DNA from: Nanobdellota archaeon
Lineage (GTDB): Archaea > Nanobdellota > Nanobdellia > Woesearchaeales > SM23-78
Reading direction: 5' to 3'
Assembly (NCBI GenBank): GCA_018819305.1
Contig: JAHJQO010000040.1
Location: forward strand, 44,320 to 108,319
DNA length: 64,000 bases
In this document: piece after piece, positions 9,995 to 19,600 of the stretch
Numbering within the stretch: the stretch's first letter is position 1
Layout: the number at the start of each line of letters is the position of its first letter
Translations under genes and position numbers: made by a program
Notes under the pieces: generated by a model
Databases searched by the model: none
Told to the model about the DNA's origin: nothing
The model's input: the letters and a program-made list of their open reading frames with translations, nothing else

Positions 9995-10318
9995 TCACAG
10001 CACAGTTATCTCTATCTTGTGCCTGGCTTTATCTGCCTTTATTCCTAGCTGCGTGCCTTTAGCATCGAGATTGAATACTTGAACTATATCTTTGGGAAAT
10101 ATCATCCCATAGCTGTGACCTATTTTAATAGGGTGTTTCTTATATTCTCCCTTGAGCCTTTTTTGCTCTAGCGCGGCTGCGACCGCATTCATTTGCTTCT
10201 CAGTAAATACTTTTTCGCCACATTTGATGCATCTCAATCCCTCAAATTCAATGCCGCTTATCTTCAATTTAGTTGGATGCAACTTTGCATCACATTTAAC
10301 ACAATGCTCAACACTCAT
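9995..10318 (-). CDS. Zinc-ribbon plus AbrB/SpoVT-like domain protein (putative antitoxin)
   Basis: 107 aa. CxxC...CxxC (CVKCDAK...CIKCGEK) followed by a swapped-hairpin-like segment (IKIGHSYGMIFPKDIV). Lies 6 nt downstream of a DUF4258-like ORF. Confidence 0.45.
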   Translation of the reverse strand: MSVEHCVKCDAKLHPTKLKISGIEFEGLRCIKCGEKVFTEKQMNAVAAALEQKRLKGEYKKHPIKIGHSYGMIFPKDIVQVFNLDAKGTQLGIKADKARHKIEITVL

Positions 10319-10324
10319 TTTGTC

Positions 10325-10600
10325 TCATTCCCTTCCTTTTTGAATAATTATGCTCTTCACTTCATAAGATTCTCTTTTTTTGTTTTCTATGCAAAAAACA
10401 AAAAATGAAAGATTATCATGAAAGTATTTGTAAAATATGATTCTTTTTCTTGACTTCTTTGTTTTGGAAGCATTGCCGCACAAAACAGTATCATAAATTC
10501 TTTGCTTCATATCACATATGCCAAGATTGAACTCCAATCCTCTTTGGAGCATCCTTTTTGACGCGTGATAGTCAAAAAATACTTTTTTCAACCTGAACAC
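10325..10600 (-). CDS. DUF4258-like small protein (putative toxin)
   Basis: 91 aa. The N-terminal FFDYHASKRMLQRGL resembles the DUF4258 H-A-x-x-R-M-x-x-R-G signature. Confidence 0.4.
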   Translation of the reverse strand: MFRLKKVFFDYHASKRMLQRGLEFNLGICDMKQRIYDTVLCGNASKTKKSRKRIIFYKYFHDNLSFFVFCIENKKRESYEVKSIIIQKGRE

Positions 10601-10726
10601 CTCACAGTATGTTAAACTTATTTATAAAACTTTTGGTTAAACTTTTAATTTAACAAAATTTCTTATGAAATTTTGTTGATTTTTCTTAAAAAAAATATAA
10701 CATAAAAAAAGAAAAAAAGAAATAAT

Positions 10727-10963
10727 TTAAGCCATGCTCTTAGCAATGTCTGCGCCTTCTTCAAGCATCCATTCATCCTCTCCAAGAGGCTCTTCAGATA
10801 CTTTCACATTGTTTGCCAGGATTGCCTGGTAATACTCAATTGGCTTGATGTTTGTAATTACTGTCTGCTGTATTATGTATCTGCCGTTTCTGCTTACCTT
10901 TATCCTACTTTGGATAATAGGCATTTTCTTTAACTGTTCTTCTTTTCGGTTACTTAATCCCAT
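10727..10963 (-). CDS. Hypothetical protein
   Basis: 78-aa ORF in an otherwise empty interval. No recognisable motif. Confidence 0.3.
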   Translation of the reverse strand: MGLSNRKEEQLKKMPIIQSRIKVSRNGRYIIQQTVITNIKPIEYYQAILANNVKVSEEPLGEDEWMLEEGADIAKSMA

Positions 10964-11049
10964 TTTATCACCTCAAAATTTTATTAGAATTAGTCTAAAC
11001 TAATGATTTAAATAATGCTATGGTTAATTTTCGGAGAAAAAAAGTTTAT

Positions 11050-11934
11050 TTAGGATTTCTTTCGAATCTTTGCAATAAAAAATCCCTGCGTCCCTGTTTT
11101 ATGAGGCCATAATCTCTTGCACTTTGCAATTTCAGGGTTTAATTCTTTGCCAAAAACATTTGTCAAACCAGAATCACCAATATCAACATCTATTTTTTCA
11201 AGAATAATATCATCTCGCTGCTCCAGCAGCCAATTAATCACGAGTTCGTTTTCTTCTGGTTCAAGAGAGCAGGTTGAATAAACTAGTATTCCACCCTGCG
11301 TTAATATTTCAACAGCGGTTTCTAATAACTGTTTCTGAGTTTTTGCCATTAATTCAAAATCTTCAAGTTTTCTTTCTTCAAACCAATTAGAATCAACTGC
11401 AAAGTTTCCTGAGCAAGGAGCATCAAGAAGAATTTTATCAAATTTGAGATTCAGGTCTTCTGCAAATCTTGCATCTTTCTTGTAAACAAGAACATTTTTT
11501 GCGCCGCATCGCTCAAGATTGTTTTTTAAGCTTGGAAGCCTTGGGTTGTTAGCATCAAGAGCAATAATTCTTGCCTTATTATTTGTTAACTGTGCTAATT
11601 GTGTTGTCTTGCTTCCCGGACAAGCACACATATCTAAAACTAAATCAGTATCCTTAAGTTCCAGTAATTCTGCAGGCAACTGGCTTGCTGCTTCTTGCAA
11701 ATAATAATACCCCTGAAGATATTCTGGTGTTGCACCCATTGGAACTTCAGAGTCATATGAATAGCCATTTTTAAGAAAAGAGATTTTTATGAGCTTTGCC
11801 CTGTCTTTTAACTTCTCGATCAGTTCTTTCTCAACTATCTTAAGGGTGTTAATTCTCAGAGTTTGCATTACTTTGACTTCTGCAGGTTCGAAGTCTTGTC
11901 CTAACTTTTTGTATCTTTCTATAAACTCATTCAT
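11050..11934 (-). CDS. NOL1/NOP2/Sun-family RNA cytosine-C5 methyltransferase
   Basis: 294 aa with DMCACPGSKTTQLA (SAM site), LLDAPCSG and YSTCSLEPEENE catalytic-Cys motifs. Confidence 0.85.
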   Translation of the reverse strand: MNEFIERYKKLGQDFEPAEVKVMQTLRINTLKIVEKELIEKLKDRAKLIKISFLKNGYSYDSEVPMGATPEYLQGYYYLQEAASQLPAELLELKDTDLVLDMCACPGSKTTQLAQLTNNKARIIALDANNPRLPSLKNNLERCGAKNVLVYKKDARFAEDLNLKFDKILLDAPCSGNFAVDSNWFEERKLEDFELMAKTQKQLLETAVEILTQGGILVYSTCSLEPEENELVINWLLEQRDDIILEKIDVDIGDSGLTNVFGKELNPEIAKCKRLWPHKTGTQGFFIAKIRKKS

Positions 11935-12016
11935 AAGTAAAAGAGACTGTCTGGCCTTAATAAAGGTTTTCTAAGCAGAAAGCTTTAAATACAAAAAGAG
12001 CTTTCCTTACTTTAAA

Positions 12017-12340
12017 ATGAGAATAACAAAAAATGAATTAAATGTCGAAGAAAATGAACCATATTTAATCTACAAAGGCAGTTTGAAGGATGCAAAATCT
12101 GATCTGGTAGATTTATTAAGAAAATCACAAAAAGAAAATTATAAAGTCATGACATCGCCTCAAGCCCATATTGGACAGCTCATGAAAAAACAATTCATTA
12201 TTTCAAATGGAGATTATAGTATTTGGGCTCTGGGACAGCAAAAAGGAAAAGAGTTTGAGATTATGACCAAAGGCGATTCAACAACACATGCATATCTTGC
12301 TCATTTCTTTAGAGTGCCCCTGCTTGTTTGTGATAAATAA
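12017..12340 (+). CDS. Hypothetical protein
   Basis: 107-aa ORF with no recognised motif. Confidence 0.3.
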   Translation: MRITKNELNVEENEPYLIYKGSLKDAKSDLVDLLRKSQKENYKVMTSPQAHIGQLMKKQFIISNGDYSIWALGQQKGKEFEIMTKGDSTTHAYLAHFFRVPLLVCDK

Positions 12341-12382
12341 GAATAAAAACATTTAATAATACTCTATTTCTTCTTTTTTCAT

Positions 12383-12505
12383 ATGGTAAAACTTGGCGCA
12401 AATATTGTAGAATGCTGCTTTGTTATCTCACTTCCTGATTTAAAAGGGCATACAAAGCTTGGAGAGTACAGCATATTTAATCTAGTTGATTTTAAGGGAG
12501 AATGA
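12383..12505 (+). pseudogene. C-terminal relic of adenine phosphoribosyltransferase
   Basis: The 40-aa ORF MVKLGANIVECCFVISLPDLKGHTKLGEYSIFNLVDFKGE matches only the last ~40 residues of APRT (compare E. coli Apt ...[24 protein letters not shown]...SYSLVPF). The PRPP-binding part is absent. Confidence 0.45.
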
Positions 12506-13606
12506 TTAAACATCAACAACAATCTTTCCTGTTTTCTCGTCAATGCTTTTGATTAGTTTGTTTTTCTTGTATTTCTTTTTTACTTCTTCCCAATTCATTT
12601 TTTTTCTGTCAGAATTAATATTGTCAAGAAGCTCTTTTAATTCCTGATAATGTTCATATATACTCTCTCCTTTGCGTTGGTTCTCTGTGATTCCTTTTTC
12701 CAATGAAATTAATCTTTCTTCCTGTTTCCTGATTATAACGCTGACCTTGCTTTCCTTGCCTTGTTTTACACTTGCAACTTTTGATTCTGCATCCTTTACA
12801 ATCTTGTCTGAAAACACATCATCTAACAGTTTGTTAAAAGTTTCATATTGTTTACCTTCGTCTACAGACAGCTTAAAAGGAACAAGTTGACCATCTACAT
12901 TGTTTGCTTTAATATCAAGGTTAAACATATTCTGCAAAGCATTGTACACAGAAGCTACAGATTTATCATCTAATTTCTTATCCTTGTCAATCTTAGCTCT
13001 TTTGCAAAGTTCTTCTGCATAAAAACCACCTAGTCCAAAGTCAACAGCCAGAGTTTTTACAATTGAATCCATTTTTGACTTAGAAACAACTTCTTTGAAC
13101 TGATCCTGACTGAGAACTGATGTGTTTGTCTGCTCAGGAGGATACTCATACTTAACACCGCCTCTGACAGTTCTTGCTTGCCAGTTCTGAGACTTAAGAA
13201 GACCTCTGATTTTTTGCTCTTCATCAACCAAAACAATGTTTCCCTTGCTGAACAGCTCGCAAATCATAGTTCTGATGCCTGCTTTGGTTGTGAAAACAAT
13301 CTCAAGAATCCTTTCAAAACCTTTTTGCCTGATTTCCCGAATCCTTGCACCAGACAAATGCTTTCTCAAGAACATGCAATAACCCGGCGGTGTGTCAGGA
13401 AACAACTGCTTGTACTCAGTCATATAGCAAAGCTCAGGCAACTTAATCCTTAACATCTGCTTTCCAACGCCAGATATGTGAAATATAAATAAGAATTCGT
13501 TTCTGTCTTCATCCTGCTCATATATTTTATCAATTCTAGCTCCAACTAATGACTGGAATTCCTTGACAAGATAATGCAGGTCTAGTGAGGTTAGTTCTTG
13601 CTTCAT
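12506..13606 (-). CDS. NFACT-N (FbpA/Rqc2-like) protein, short form
   Basis: 366 aa. The N-terminus LTSLDLHYLVKEFQSLVGARIDKIYEQ is typical of the NFACT-N domain and is followed by a coiled coil. No NFACT-R/DUF814 segment is seen. Confidence 0.65.
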   Translation of the reverse strand: MKQELTSLDLHYLVKEFQSLVGARIDKIYEQDEDRNEFLFIFHISGVGKQMLRIKLPELCYMTEYKQLFPDTPPGYCMFLRKHLSGARIREIRQKGFERILEIVFTTKAGIRTMICELFSKGNIVLVDEEQKIRGLLKSQNWQARTVRGGVKYEYPPEQTNTSVLSQDQFKEVVSKSKMDSIVKTLAVDFGLGGFYAEELCKRAKIDKDKKLDDKSVASVYNALQNMFNLDIKANNVDGQLVPFKLSVDEGKQYETFNKLLDDVFSDKIVKDAESKVASVKQGKESKVSVIIRKQEERLISLEKGITENQRKGESIYEHYQELKELLDNINSDRKKMNWEEVKKKYKKNKLIKSIDEKTGKIVVDV

Positions 13607-13708
13607 GCATTAATAGAATTTGTTTTATTATTTAAACTTACCCAAACCAAAACATTTATATACAAATTAGTATCTATTTGTTATTAATTAATAACTTTTT
13701 AATACGTA

Positions 13709-14041
13709 TTGATAATTATGACTATAAAAAAATCATCAAAGCAAATCCAGAAATTAAAACATTCACCTACATTGAACACCATTCTCATGGTGGAAAACAC
13801 TTTGAAGAACATGGATGAAAGTGTTATCAGTATTGCTGGTCTTAAAAAAATACTACCTAAACAAGTTAACCACAACACTTTGATGAATATCATAGATTAT
13901 TTAGACATAAACAATAAAATATACATAAGTGTAAAAGGAATTACTTGGATTGCAAATGACAGCCCTAAATGGAGGGAAGCAATCCGAAAAGCTTCCACTT
14001 ATGAAGAGATTCTTGCGGAAATTCATAAGAAGAATATATAA
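13709..14041 (+). CDS. Hypothetical protein (possible antitoxin partner)
   Basis: 110-aa ORF lying 23 nt upstream of a RelE/ParE-like ORF on the same strand. Confidence 0.3.
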   Translation: MIIMTIKKSSKQIQKLKHSPTLNTILMVENTLKNMDESVISIAGLKKILPKQVNHNTLMNIIDYLDINNKIYISVKGITWIANDSPKWREAIRKASTYEEILAEIHKKNI

Positions 14042-14064
14042 ATAATTATCTAACAACTGTAACT

Positions 14065-14418
14065 ATGAAAAAAGTAACAATAAAATTTTCTGATGAAGCA
14101 AAAAAAATATTTCTATTTTTAGAAGAAAAATCTCCTTATTCCAAGAAAGAGAGAATGTTATTTGATGCAATTCAACATAAGATAGAACTAATAAAAAAAG
14201 ACAGACAATACGGCATCCCCATATCTAAAGGATTAATACCTGCATACTATAAAGAAAAGCATAATGCCAGTAACTTATTTCGTGTTGAGCTTCCATGTTT
14301 TTGGCGAATGCTTTACACATTAAAAGAAGGAGAACAAAAAATTGAGATAATAGCATTTATAATTGACATCATAAACCATAAAAAATACAATAAAAAGTTT
14401 GGTTATAAGAAACATTGA
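14065..14418 (+). CDS. RelE/ParE-like toxin (putative)
   Basis: 117 aa. The C-terminal pattern LFRVELPCFWRMLYTLKEGEQKIEIIAFIIDIINHKKYNKKFGY resembles the RelE/ParE beta-sheet core and its terminal H-x-x-Y. Confidence 0.35.
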   Translation: MKKVTIKFSDEAKKIFLFLEEKSPYSKKERMLFDAIQHKIELIKKDRQYGIPISKGLIPAYYKEKHNASNLFRVELPCFWRMLYTLKEGEQKIEIIAFIIDIINHKKYNKKFGYKKH

Positions 14419-14419
14419 T

Positions 14420-15403
14420 TTATAACAATTCCTCTGGAAAATAACTTATTTTGTGTTCTTTGAATACAAAGATTGATTCATATATCTTGATTACATCAGA
14501 GAATTTATCTCTTAACTCTTGGATTAATTTCAGGAATTCATCTGATGTTTTTACATGAATATCAAGCATTAAGTTATAAAACCCAATGGTTTGAGTGATA
14601 TAGTAGATGTATTTATGGTTTTCGCAAAAATAAATAAATTCTTTTTTTCTTTTATTTGATATATTTTGGAATTTCAACAATAATAAGTGCCATTGAAAGC
14701 CAAGTTTAGCAACATCAAGTTTTGTTTTGTATCCTAAAATTATTTCTTGCCGTTCAAGTGATTTGATTCTATAAACCGAAGTGTGGATTGGTATTTTTGT
14801 TTTCTTTTGTATATCTGTCAAACTAATCCTTGCATTTGAAGCGATTTCTTTGAGTACTGAAATGTCTGTTTTATCTAAAGTTATTTTTTCTTTTCTTTCT
14901 TTTTGCCTCACTTTTGAAAAATCTTTAGGAGTTACAAATTTATAGCTTACATGCTCACTGCTAACCATGATGGTAAAGTTATAATCATAAAGATTGTCTC
15001 CGCATAAGTTTGTTATCTGGCTGAGCTGTGCATCAAATCTTTCCATTGTATCTGCAAATAAGAGAACACACAAATCCCATCTTCCAACTCCAGTAAGCAG
15101 CCAACCTACAAAGTCAAGTTCTTTTAATTTTAAAATCAGCTCTTCTTCTTTTTGCTTATTGATTTTTTCAAGTTTCATAAAGACATAATAAGAATTAAAA
15201 CCCAGCTTTGCAGTGTCTAATGTTGTGTAGAAGTCTGTTATTATCTTTTTTTTAAGCAAATTATTAATTCTGTAATTAACCACTTGCTTGCTTAAACCTA
15301 TTTTCTTTGCTATCTGAGAATCTGTCTGCCTTGAGTTCTTATCCAGCTCAGAGATTATTCGCTGGTCTTTCTTCGTAAGTTTGTCCTTCATAAATACATT
15401 CAT
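14420..15403 (-). CDS. Tandem Lrp/AsnC-family transcriptional regulator
   Basis: 327 aa with two HTH_AsnC-like units (DQRIISELDKNSRQTDSQIAKKIGLSKQVVNYRINNL and DISVLKEIASNARISLTDIQKKTKIPIHTSVYRIKSL). Each is followed by a RAM-like domain. Confidence 0.7.
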   Translation of the reverse strand: MNVFMKDKLTKKDQRIISELDKNSRQTDSQIAKKIGLSKQVVNYRINNLLKKKIITDFYTTLDTAKLGFNSYYVFMKLEKINKQKEEELILKLKELDFVGWLLTGVGRWDLCVLLFADTMERFDAQLSQITNLCGDNLYDYNFTIMVSSEHVSYKFVTPKDFSKVRQKERKEKITLDKTDISVLKEIASNARISLTDIQKKTKIPIHTSVYRIKSLERQEIILGYKTKLDVAKLGFQWHLLLLKFQNISNKRKKEFIYFCENHKYIYYITQTIGFYNLMLDIHVKTSDEFLKLIQELRDKFSDVIKIYESIFVFKEHKISYFPEELL

Positions 15404-15509
15404 ATCAACAATAATTTATATATTTTTCTAAAATTGACAAAATTTTCTTTAAAAAGTTTTTAATATCTCAGAAGTCATACTACATATAAAAATAGCAACG
15501 GTGATAAAA

Positions 15510-15890
15510 ATGATATTCGAAAATAAAAGAAAAAACCTAAATAAGATAATAAGGGAAGCTCTTAATGGCAGAAAAGACCCTTGGGAAGATTACACTCCAA
15601 ATCTTTTCAGGAATAAAGAACGTGCAAGAGTTTATGGATATGAATCTCAATATAAATATGGCTTAGGTGATTTTGTTACGCAAAAAATAACAATAGGTAA
15701 AGTCGCCGCAGGTGCAACATTGACATATGGAATAAGTGTATGTGACGGAGCTATTATTTGTTCAACACCCTTTGCATATGGTGCTGGAAGGCTTGCTGAT
15801 GGAGTAGTATTCCTAACAAAGATGATGTACCTTCTTTCTAGAGCAGATAAAGAACATGAAAAAAGATATGAAAGAAAAAATGAGGAATAA
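15510..15890 (+). CDS. Hypothetical protein
   Basis: ATG at 15510 inside the listed ORF, whose 15501 start is GTG. No motif recognised. Confidence 0.3.
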   Translation: MIFENKRKNLNKIIREALNGRKDPWEDYTPNLFRNKERARVYGYESQYKYGLGDFVTQKITIGKVAAGATLTYGISVCDGAIICSTPFAYGAGRLADGVVFLTKMMYLLSRADKEHEKRYERKNEE

Positions 15891-15923
15891 AATAATCATT
15901 TAACCGTCACGCTCTTGGTCATT

Positions 15924-17681
15924 CTATCGCACTGAAATCGACTTGCTTAAATTCTTAGGTTTGTCAATTGGCCTTCCCAGCACATCTGCTATATGATAAG
16001 CGAGAAGCTGTCCTGCTGTTGCAGCTAACAACCCAAACTTGCCATCATTGCCTGTATTAACATAAATAACATTTTCCTGTTCTTTAAAAGTAGGATTGTT
16101 GGTTATAATAGTAATATCTGCGCCTCTTGCTTCTACTTCTCTTGTATTAGAAATAATATCCTCATCAGAATTACTAATCAAACTTATTACAGGAGTTCCA
16201 TCATCAATTAAAGCTAATGTTCCGTGCTTTAGCTCACCACCCATCATTCCCTCTGCGTGTATATAACTTATTTCTTTAATCTTAAGCGCTATTTCTCTGG
16301 CAACAGGATATGTTAATCCTCTTCCAATTATATATGCATCATTTGATTGAGAAATCTTCTTTGCAATCTTTCTTATTTTTTCTTTTTGTTGAAATAAATT
16401 CTTCAGTTTAGCTGATAAATTCTTTAAATTAACTCCATATCCAAATTCCTGAGCTATTCTTAACAACAATACAGTTTGGTTAACAAAGGCCTTAGTACTT
16501 GCTACACTTATTTCCTGTCCAGCCAGAATATTAAGGCTTAATTCGCTCATTCTTTGAATTGTTGAATAAGGAACATTTACTAAACTTACTATTTTCGCAT
16601 TTTTTTCTTTTGCATAATTTAAAGCATCTATCACATCCATAGTTTCCCCGCTTTGACTTATTGCAATTACTAAAGTATCTTTATCAACATTAGCATAATG
16701 CTTGAACTCAGATGCAATTAATGTCTGCACTTCAACCCCTATCTTATGAAGATAATATGCTCCTAGAAGAGATGCATGATAAGAAGTGCCGCATGCCGCA
16801 AATATAATCTTCTTTGATTTTTTTATCAATTCTATAAGTTTTCCAAAGTCATTTTTTTGTTCATAATCAAGCGAACGTAAAAGCCTGTCAACTACTTTTG
16901 GCTCTTCTTCAATTTCTTTCATCATAAAATGCTTATATTTTTTCTTCCCTGTTTCTTCTTCTTTCCATTCAAATGATTTTATTAGTTTTTCAATTGCTTT
17001 CCCGTCTTTATTGAACAACTCATAGCTGTCTTTCGTGATAATTCCAAACTCATCATTATCAAAGAAGATTGCTTTATTTGTTAAGTTTGAAAATGCATGA
17101 ATATCTGAAGCAAGAATATTCTTATCTTTACAAATTCCCACTGCTAAAGGAGAATCTCTTTTTAATGCATAAATTTTATCTTCATCTTGTTTTAATAAAA
17201 GAATAGCAAAAGTTCCTTTTATTTCTTTTATGAAATCAATACAAGCCTCATTAATTGATTTATTTTTTAGCTTCTCTTCAAAATAATGAGCAATAACTTC
17301 TGAATCTGTATTTGAAACAAACTTATGACCTATAACAGTCAAAACTTGTTTGATTTCTTCATAATTTTCTATTATGCCATTATGCACTATCGAAATATTC
17401 CCATCACAAGATTGATGAGGATGAGAATTCTGTTTTGTTACTTTGCCTGTGGTACTCCAACGCGTATGAGCAATCCCTAAATGACCTTTTAACTCTAAGA
17501 AATTTACCTTATCATTAACTCTGTCAATTTCCCCAACATCTTTTTTTACATTAATTACATGATTATCCAAAAAAGCCATACCACACGAATCATACCCTCT
17601 ATACTCAAGTCTCTTAAGTCCTTTCAACATAAGAAGGGCAATATTATCATTGTTACTTAAACAACCAAAAATACCACACAT
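15924..17681 (-). CDS. glmS: Glutamine--fructose-6-phosphate aminotransferase
   Basis: 585 aa. N-terminal MCGIFG amidotransferase nucleophile, two SIS domains (AACGTSYHA, SQSGETMD) and a C-terminal ...KPKNLSKSISVR. Confidence 0.95.
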   Translation of the reverse strand: MCGIFGCLSNNDNIALLMLKGLKRLEYRGYDSCGMAFLDNHVINVKKDVGEIDRVNDKVNFLELKGHLGIAHTRWSTTGKVTKQNSHPHQSCDGNISIVHNGIIENYEEIKQVLTVIGHKFVSNTDSEVIAHYFEEKLKNKSINEACIDFIKEIKGTFAILLLKQDEDKIYALKRDSPLAVGICKDKNILASDIHAFSNLTNKAIFFDNDEFGIITKDSYELFNKDGKAIEKLIKSFEWKEEETGKKKYKHFMMKEIEEEPKVVDRLLRSLDYEQKNDFGKLIELIKKSKKIIFAACGTSYHASLLGAYYLHKIGVEVQTLIASEFKHYANVDKDTLVIAISQSGETMDVIDALNYAKEKNAKIVSLVNVPYSTIQRMSELSLNILAGQEISVASTKAFVNQTVLLLRIAQEFGYGVNLKNLSAKLKNLFQQKEKIRKIAKKISQSNDAYIIGRGLTYPVAREIALKIKEISYIHAEGMMGGELKHGTLALIDDGTPVISLISNSDEDIISNTREVEARGADITIITNNPTFKEQENVIYVNTGNDGKFGLLAATAGQLLAYHIADVLGRPIDKPKNLSKSISVR

Positions 17682-18305
17682 TTAGCTCATCTCGTCTAAA
17701 ATTTTTTTTACTTCATGCAAATCTTTAACATAATAATCTGCTTTTCCCTTTAAAAAATGTCTTCGGAAAATCTGCACAGTTATCATTCCTAGATTGTTTC
17801 CAGCAATAATCTCTGCCTCTGCATTGTCCCCTATAACCAAAACTTCCTTTGGCCTAACTTCATACGCGCCCGTAAGTTTCATGAATATCTTCATCCTGCT
17901 ATTGCCGCTGCCTTCAAGGTCAACAATGATTTCATCAAACAAAGGAGCAATTCCCAGAATCCTTATTTTTTCATTCTGAACCCTCTCTGTACCTGAGGTG
18001 ACAAGAATTTTTTTTTGTGAAAACCTTTTAATGAGCTTCACATCATCAAAAGGAGTAATCTTGCTTAAATCCATATTCTCATAAGTGGATTTCCCTATGG
18101 CTTTAAGCTCATCAGACAGTTTTAGCATGTTAGCAACAGTTCGGAAACCAGTCGTCACATATTTTTCTCTTAGAACCTTTTCCTGCTCATCTGTCAATCC
18201 AGCAGACTTCATCTTTTCAATCATTTGGTCAAGAACATGCATTCCCAGCTGCTCATATGTATCAAAGAGAGTATTGTCAAGGTCAAATATTATCAGCTTA
18301 ATCAT
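17682..18305 (-). CDS. HAD-superfamily phosphatase
   Basis: 207 aa with IIFDLDNTLFDT (DxDx[TV] motif I), VTSGT and VIGDNAEAEI motifs. The stop abuts the glmS start. Confidence 0.75.
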   Translation of the reverse strand: MIKLIIFDLDNTLFDTYEQLGMHVLDQMIEKMKSAGLTDEQEKVLREKYVTTGFRTVANMLKLSDELKAIGKSTYENMDLSKITPFDDVKLIKRFSQKKILVTSGTERVQNEKIRILGIAPLFDEIIVDLEGSGNSRMKIFMKLTGAYEVRPKEVLVIGDNAEAEIIAGNNLGMITVQIFRRHFLKGKADYYVKDLHEVKKILDEMS

Positions 18306-19264
18306 TTTAATTCAATAATTGTTTTTGCTAGCTTGTCAGGGTCGTGCCTTGCCAGATGAATATCATCAAGCAGGTTGGTTTTTACAACTCTAAGTTTTTT
18401 TGTATTCTTCAAATCAGGCTCAACAAAATCAGCTTGTTCTTTTTTATACTTTGCAAGAAGATTTTTTGCAGGCTTCTTATTATTGCATATCACATAATTA
18501 ATCACTTTCTCTCCTAAATACTTCTCTATTTCCCTGACAAAATCAGAAGCCTTGTAATTTGTTGTCTCACCGCGTTTGGTCATAATATTGCAAACATAAA
18601 TCTTCTTAGCTTTTGACTTGGCAATGGCCTGCTTCATACCAGAAACAAGAATATTTGGCAAAACACTTGTATATAAATCTCCTGGACCTATCACTATTTT
18701 ATCTGCTTCCAAAATAGCCTTTACTGCTCCTTTGTAAGCTCTTGGTTTTGGAGCTAAAAATAATTTTTTAATCTTTAGCTCAGCATCATGTCTTGGAATG
18801 TCAATGTTTGTCTCGCCAACAACAACCTGCTTGTTCTCAAGAATCGCACCTAAATGACAATGGTTTGTTGTGACAGGAAGAACTTTTCCTTTAATTCCCA
18901 GAAGTTTAGAAGCTTCTTCAATTGCTTTTGCCTCATTGCCAGTTATATCCCTCAAAGCAGTTAAGAATAAATTACCCAGGCTATGACCGTTAAGACCCAT
19001 TCCTTTTTTAAACCTGTATTCAAAAAGATTTCTAAGACTGCTTGTGTCTGGGCTAAGAGCTAATAAGCATCTTCTGACATCCCCTGGCGGAAGAAAACCA
19101 AACTCATCCCTAAGTCTGCCTGTACTGCCTCCAGAATCCATCATAGAAACAATGGCAGTAAGTTCTGTTTCATATTTCTTTAGTCCTCTCAGAAGAGTGT
19201 ATGAACCAGTCCCACCACCAATCACCACTATTTTTTGCATGTTCTCACTATTATAGATATTCAT
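18302..19264 (-). CDS. YvcK/CofD-family (UPF0052) protein
   Basis: 320 aa with VVIGGGTGSYTLLRGLK, DSGGSTGRLRDEFGFLPPGDVRRCLLAL and IGPGDLYTS motifs. 4-nt overlap with the downstream HAD gene. Confidence 0.8.
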   Translation of the reverse strand: MNIYNSENMQKIVVIGGGTGSYTLLRGLKKYETELTAIVSMMDSGGSTGRLRDEFGFLPPGDVRRCLLALSPDTSSLRNLFEYRFKKGMGLNGHSLGNLFLTALRDITGNEAKAIEEASKLLGIKGKVLPVTTNHCHLGAILENKQVVVGETNIDIPRHDAELKIKKLFLAPKPRAYKGAVKAILEADKIVIGPGDLYTSVLPNILVSGMKQAIAKSKAKKIYVCNIMTKRGETTNYKASDFVREIEKYLGEKVINYVICNNKKPAKNLLAKYKKEQADFVEPDLKNTKKLRVVKTNLLDDIHLARHDPDKLAKTIIELK

Positions 19265-19342
19265 TTATAAGTTTAATGAAATTTAATATAATTAACAAGA
19301 AAAACTAAAAATAAAAGAAAAAAAATTTATACTAAAAAAGCT

Positions 19343-19600
19343 TCAGATTGCCCATGAAATACGGCAGGATCCTGACCAAACACTCCTCCAGTAGAATTCT
19401 CCATCTTCTTGAAAAATAGGTTCACCACAAGTACAGTCACGCCCCCATCCACCAATGTAATCATTACAGCTAAAGACAAGGCCAGCACCACTACAAATCG
19501 CATCCTTATCCGCACAAGTTACCGCAGATACAACTGCGCTGGCAAACATTAGGGACAACACTAAAAATAAGCCCAAAACAACAAATTTAATTTTTTTCAT
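19343..19600 (-). CDS. Small secreted cysteine-rich protein
   Basis: 85 aa. Signal-peptide-like MKKIKFVVLGLFLVLSLMFASAVVSA followed by 7 Cys within about 55 residues. Confidence 0.45.
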   Translation of the reverse strand: MKKIKFVVLGLFLVLSLMFASAVVSAVTCADKDAICSGAGLVFSCNDYIGGWGRDCTCGEPIFQEDGEFYWRSVWSGSCRISWAI

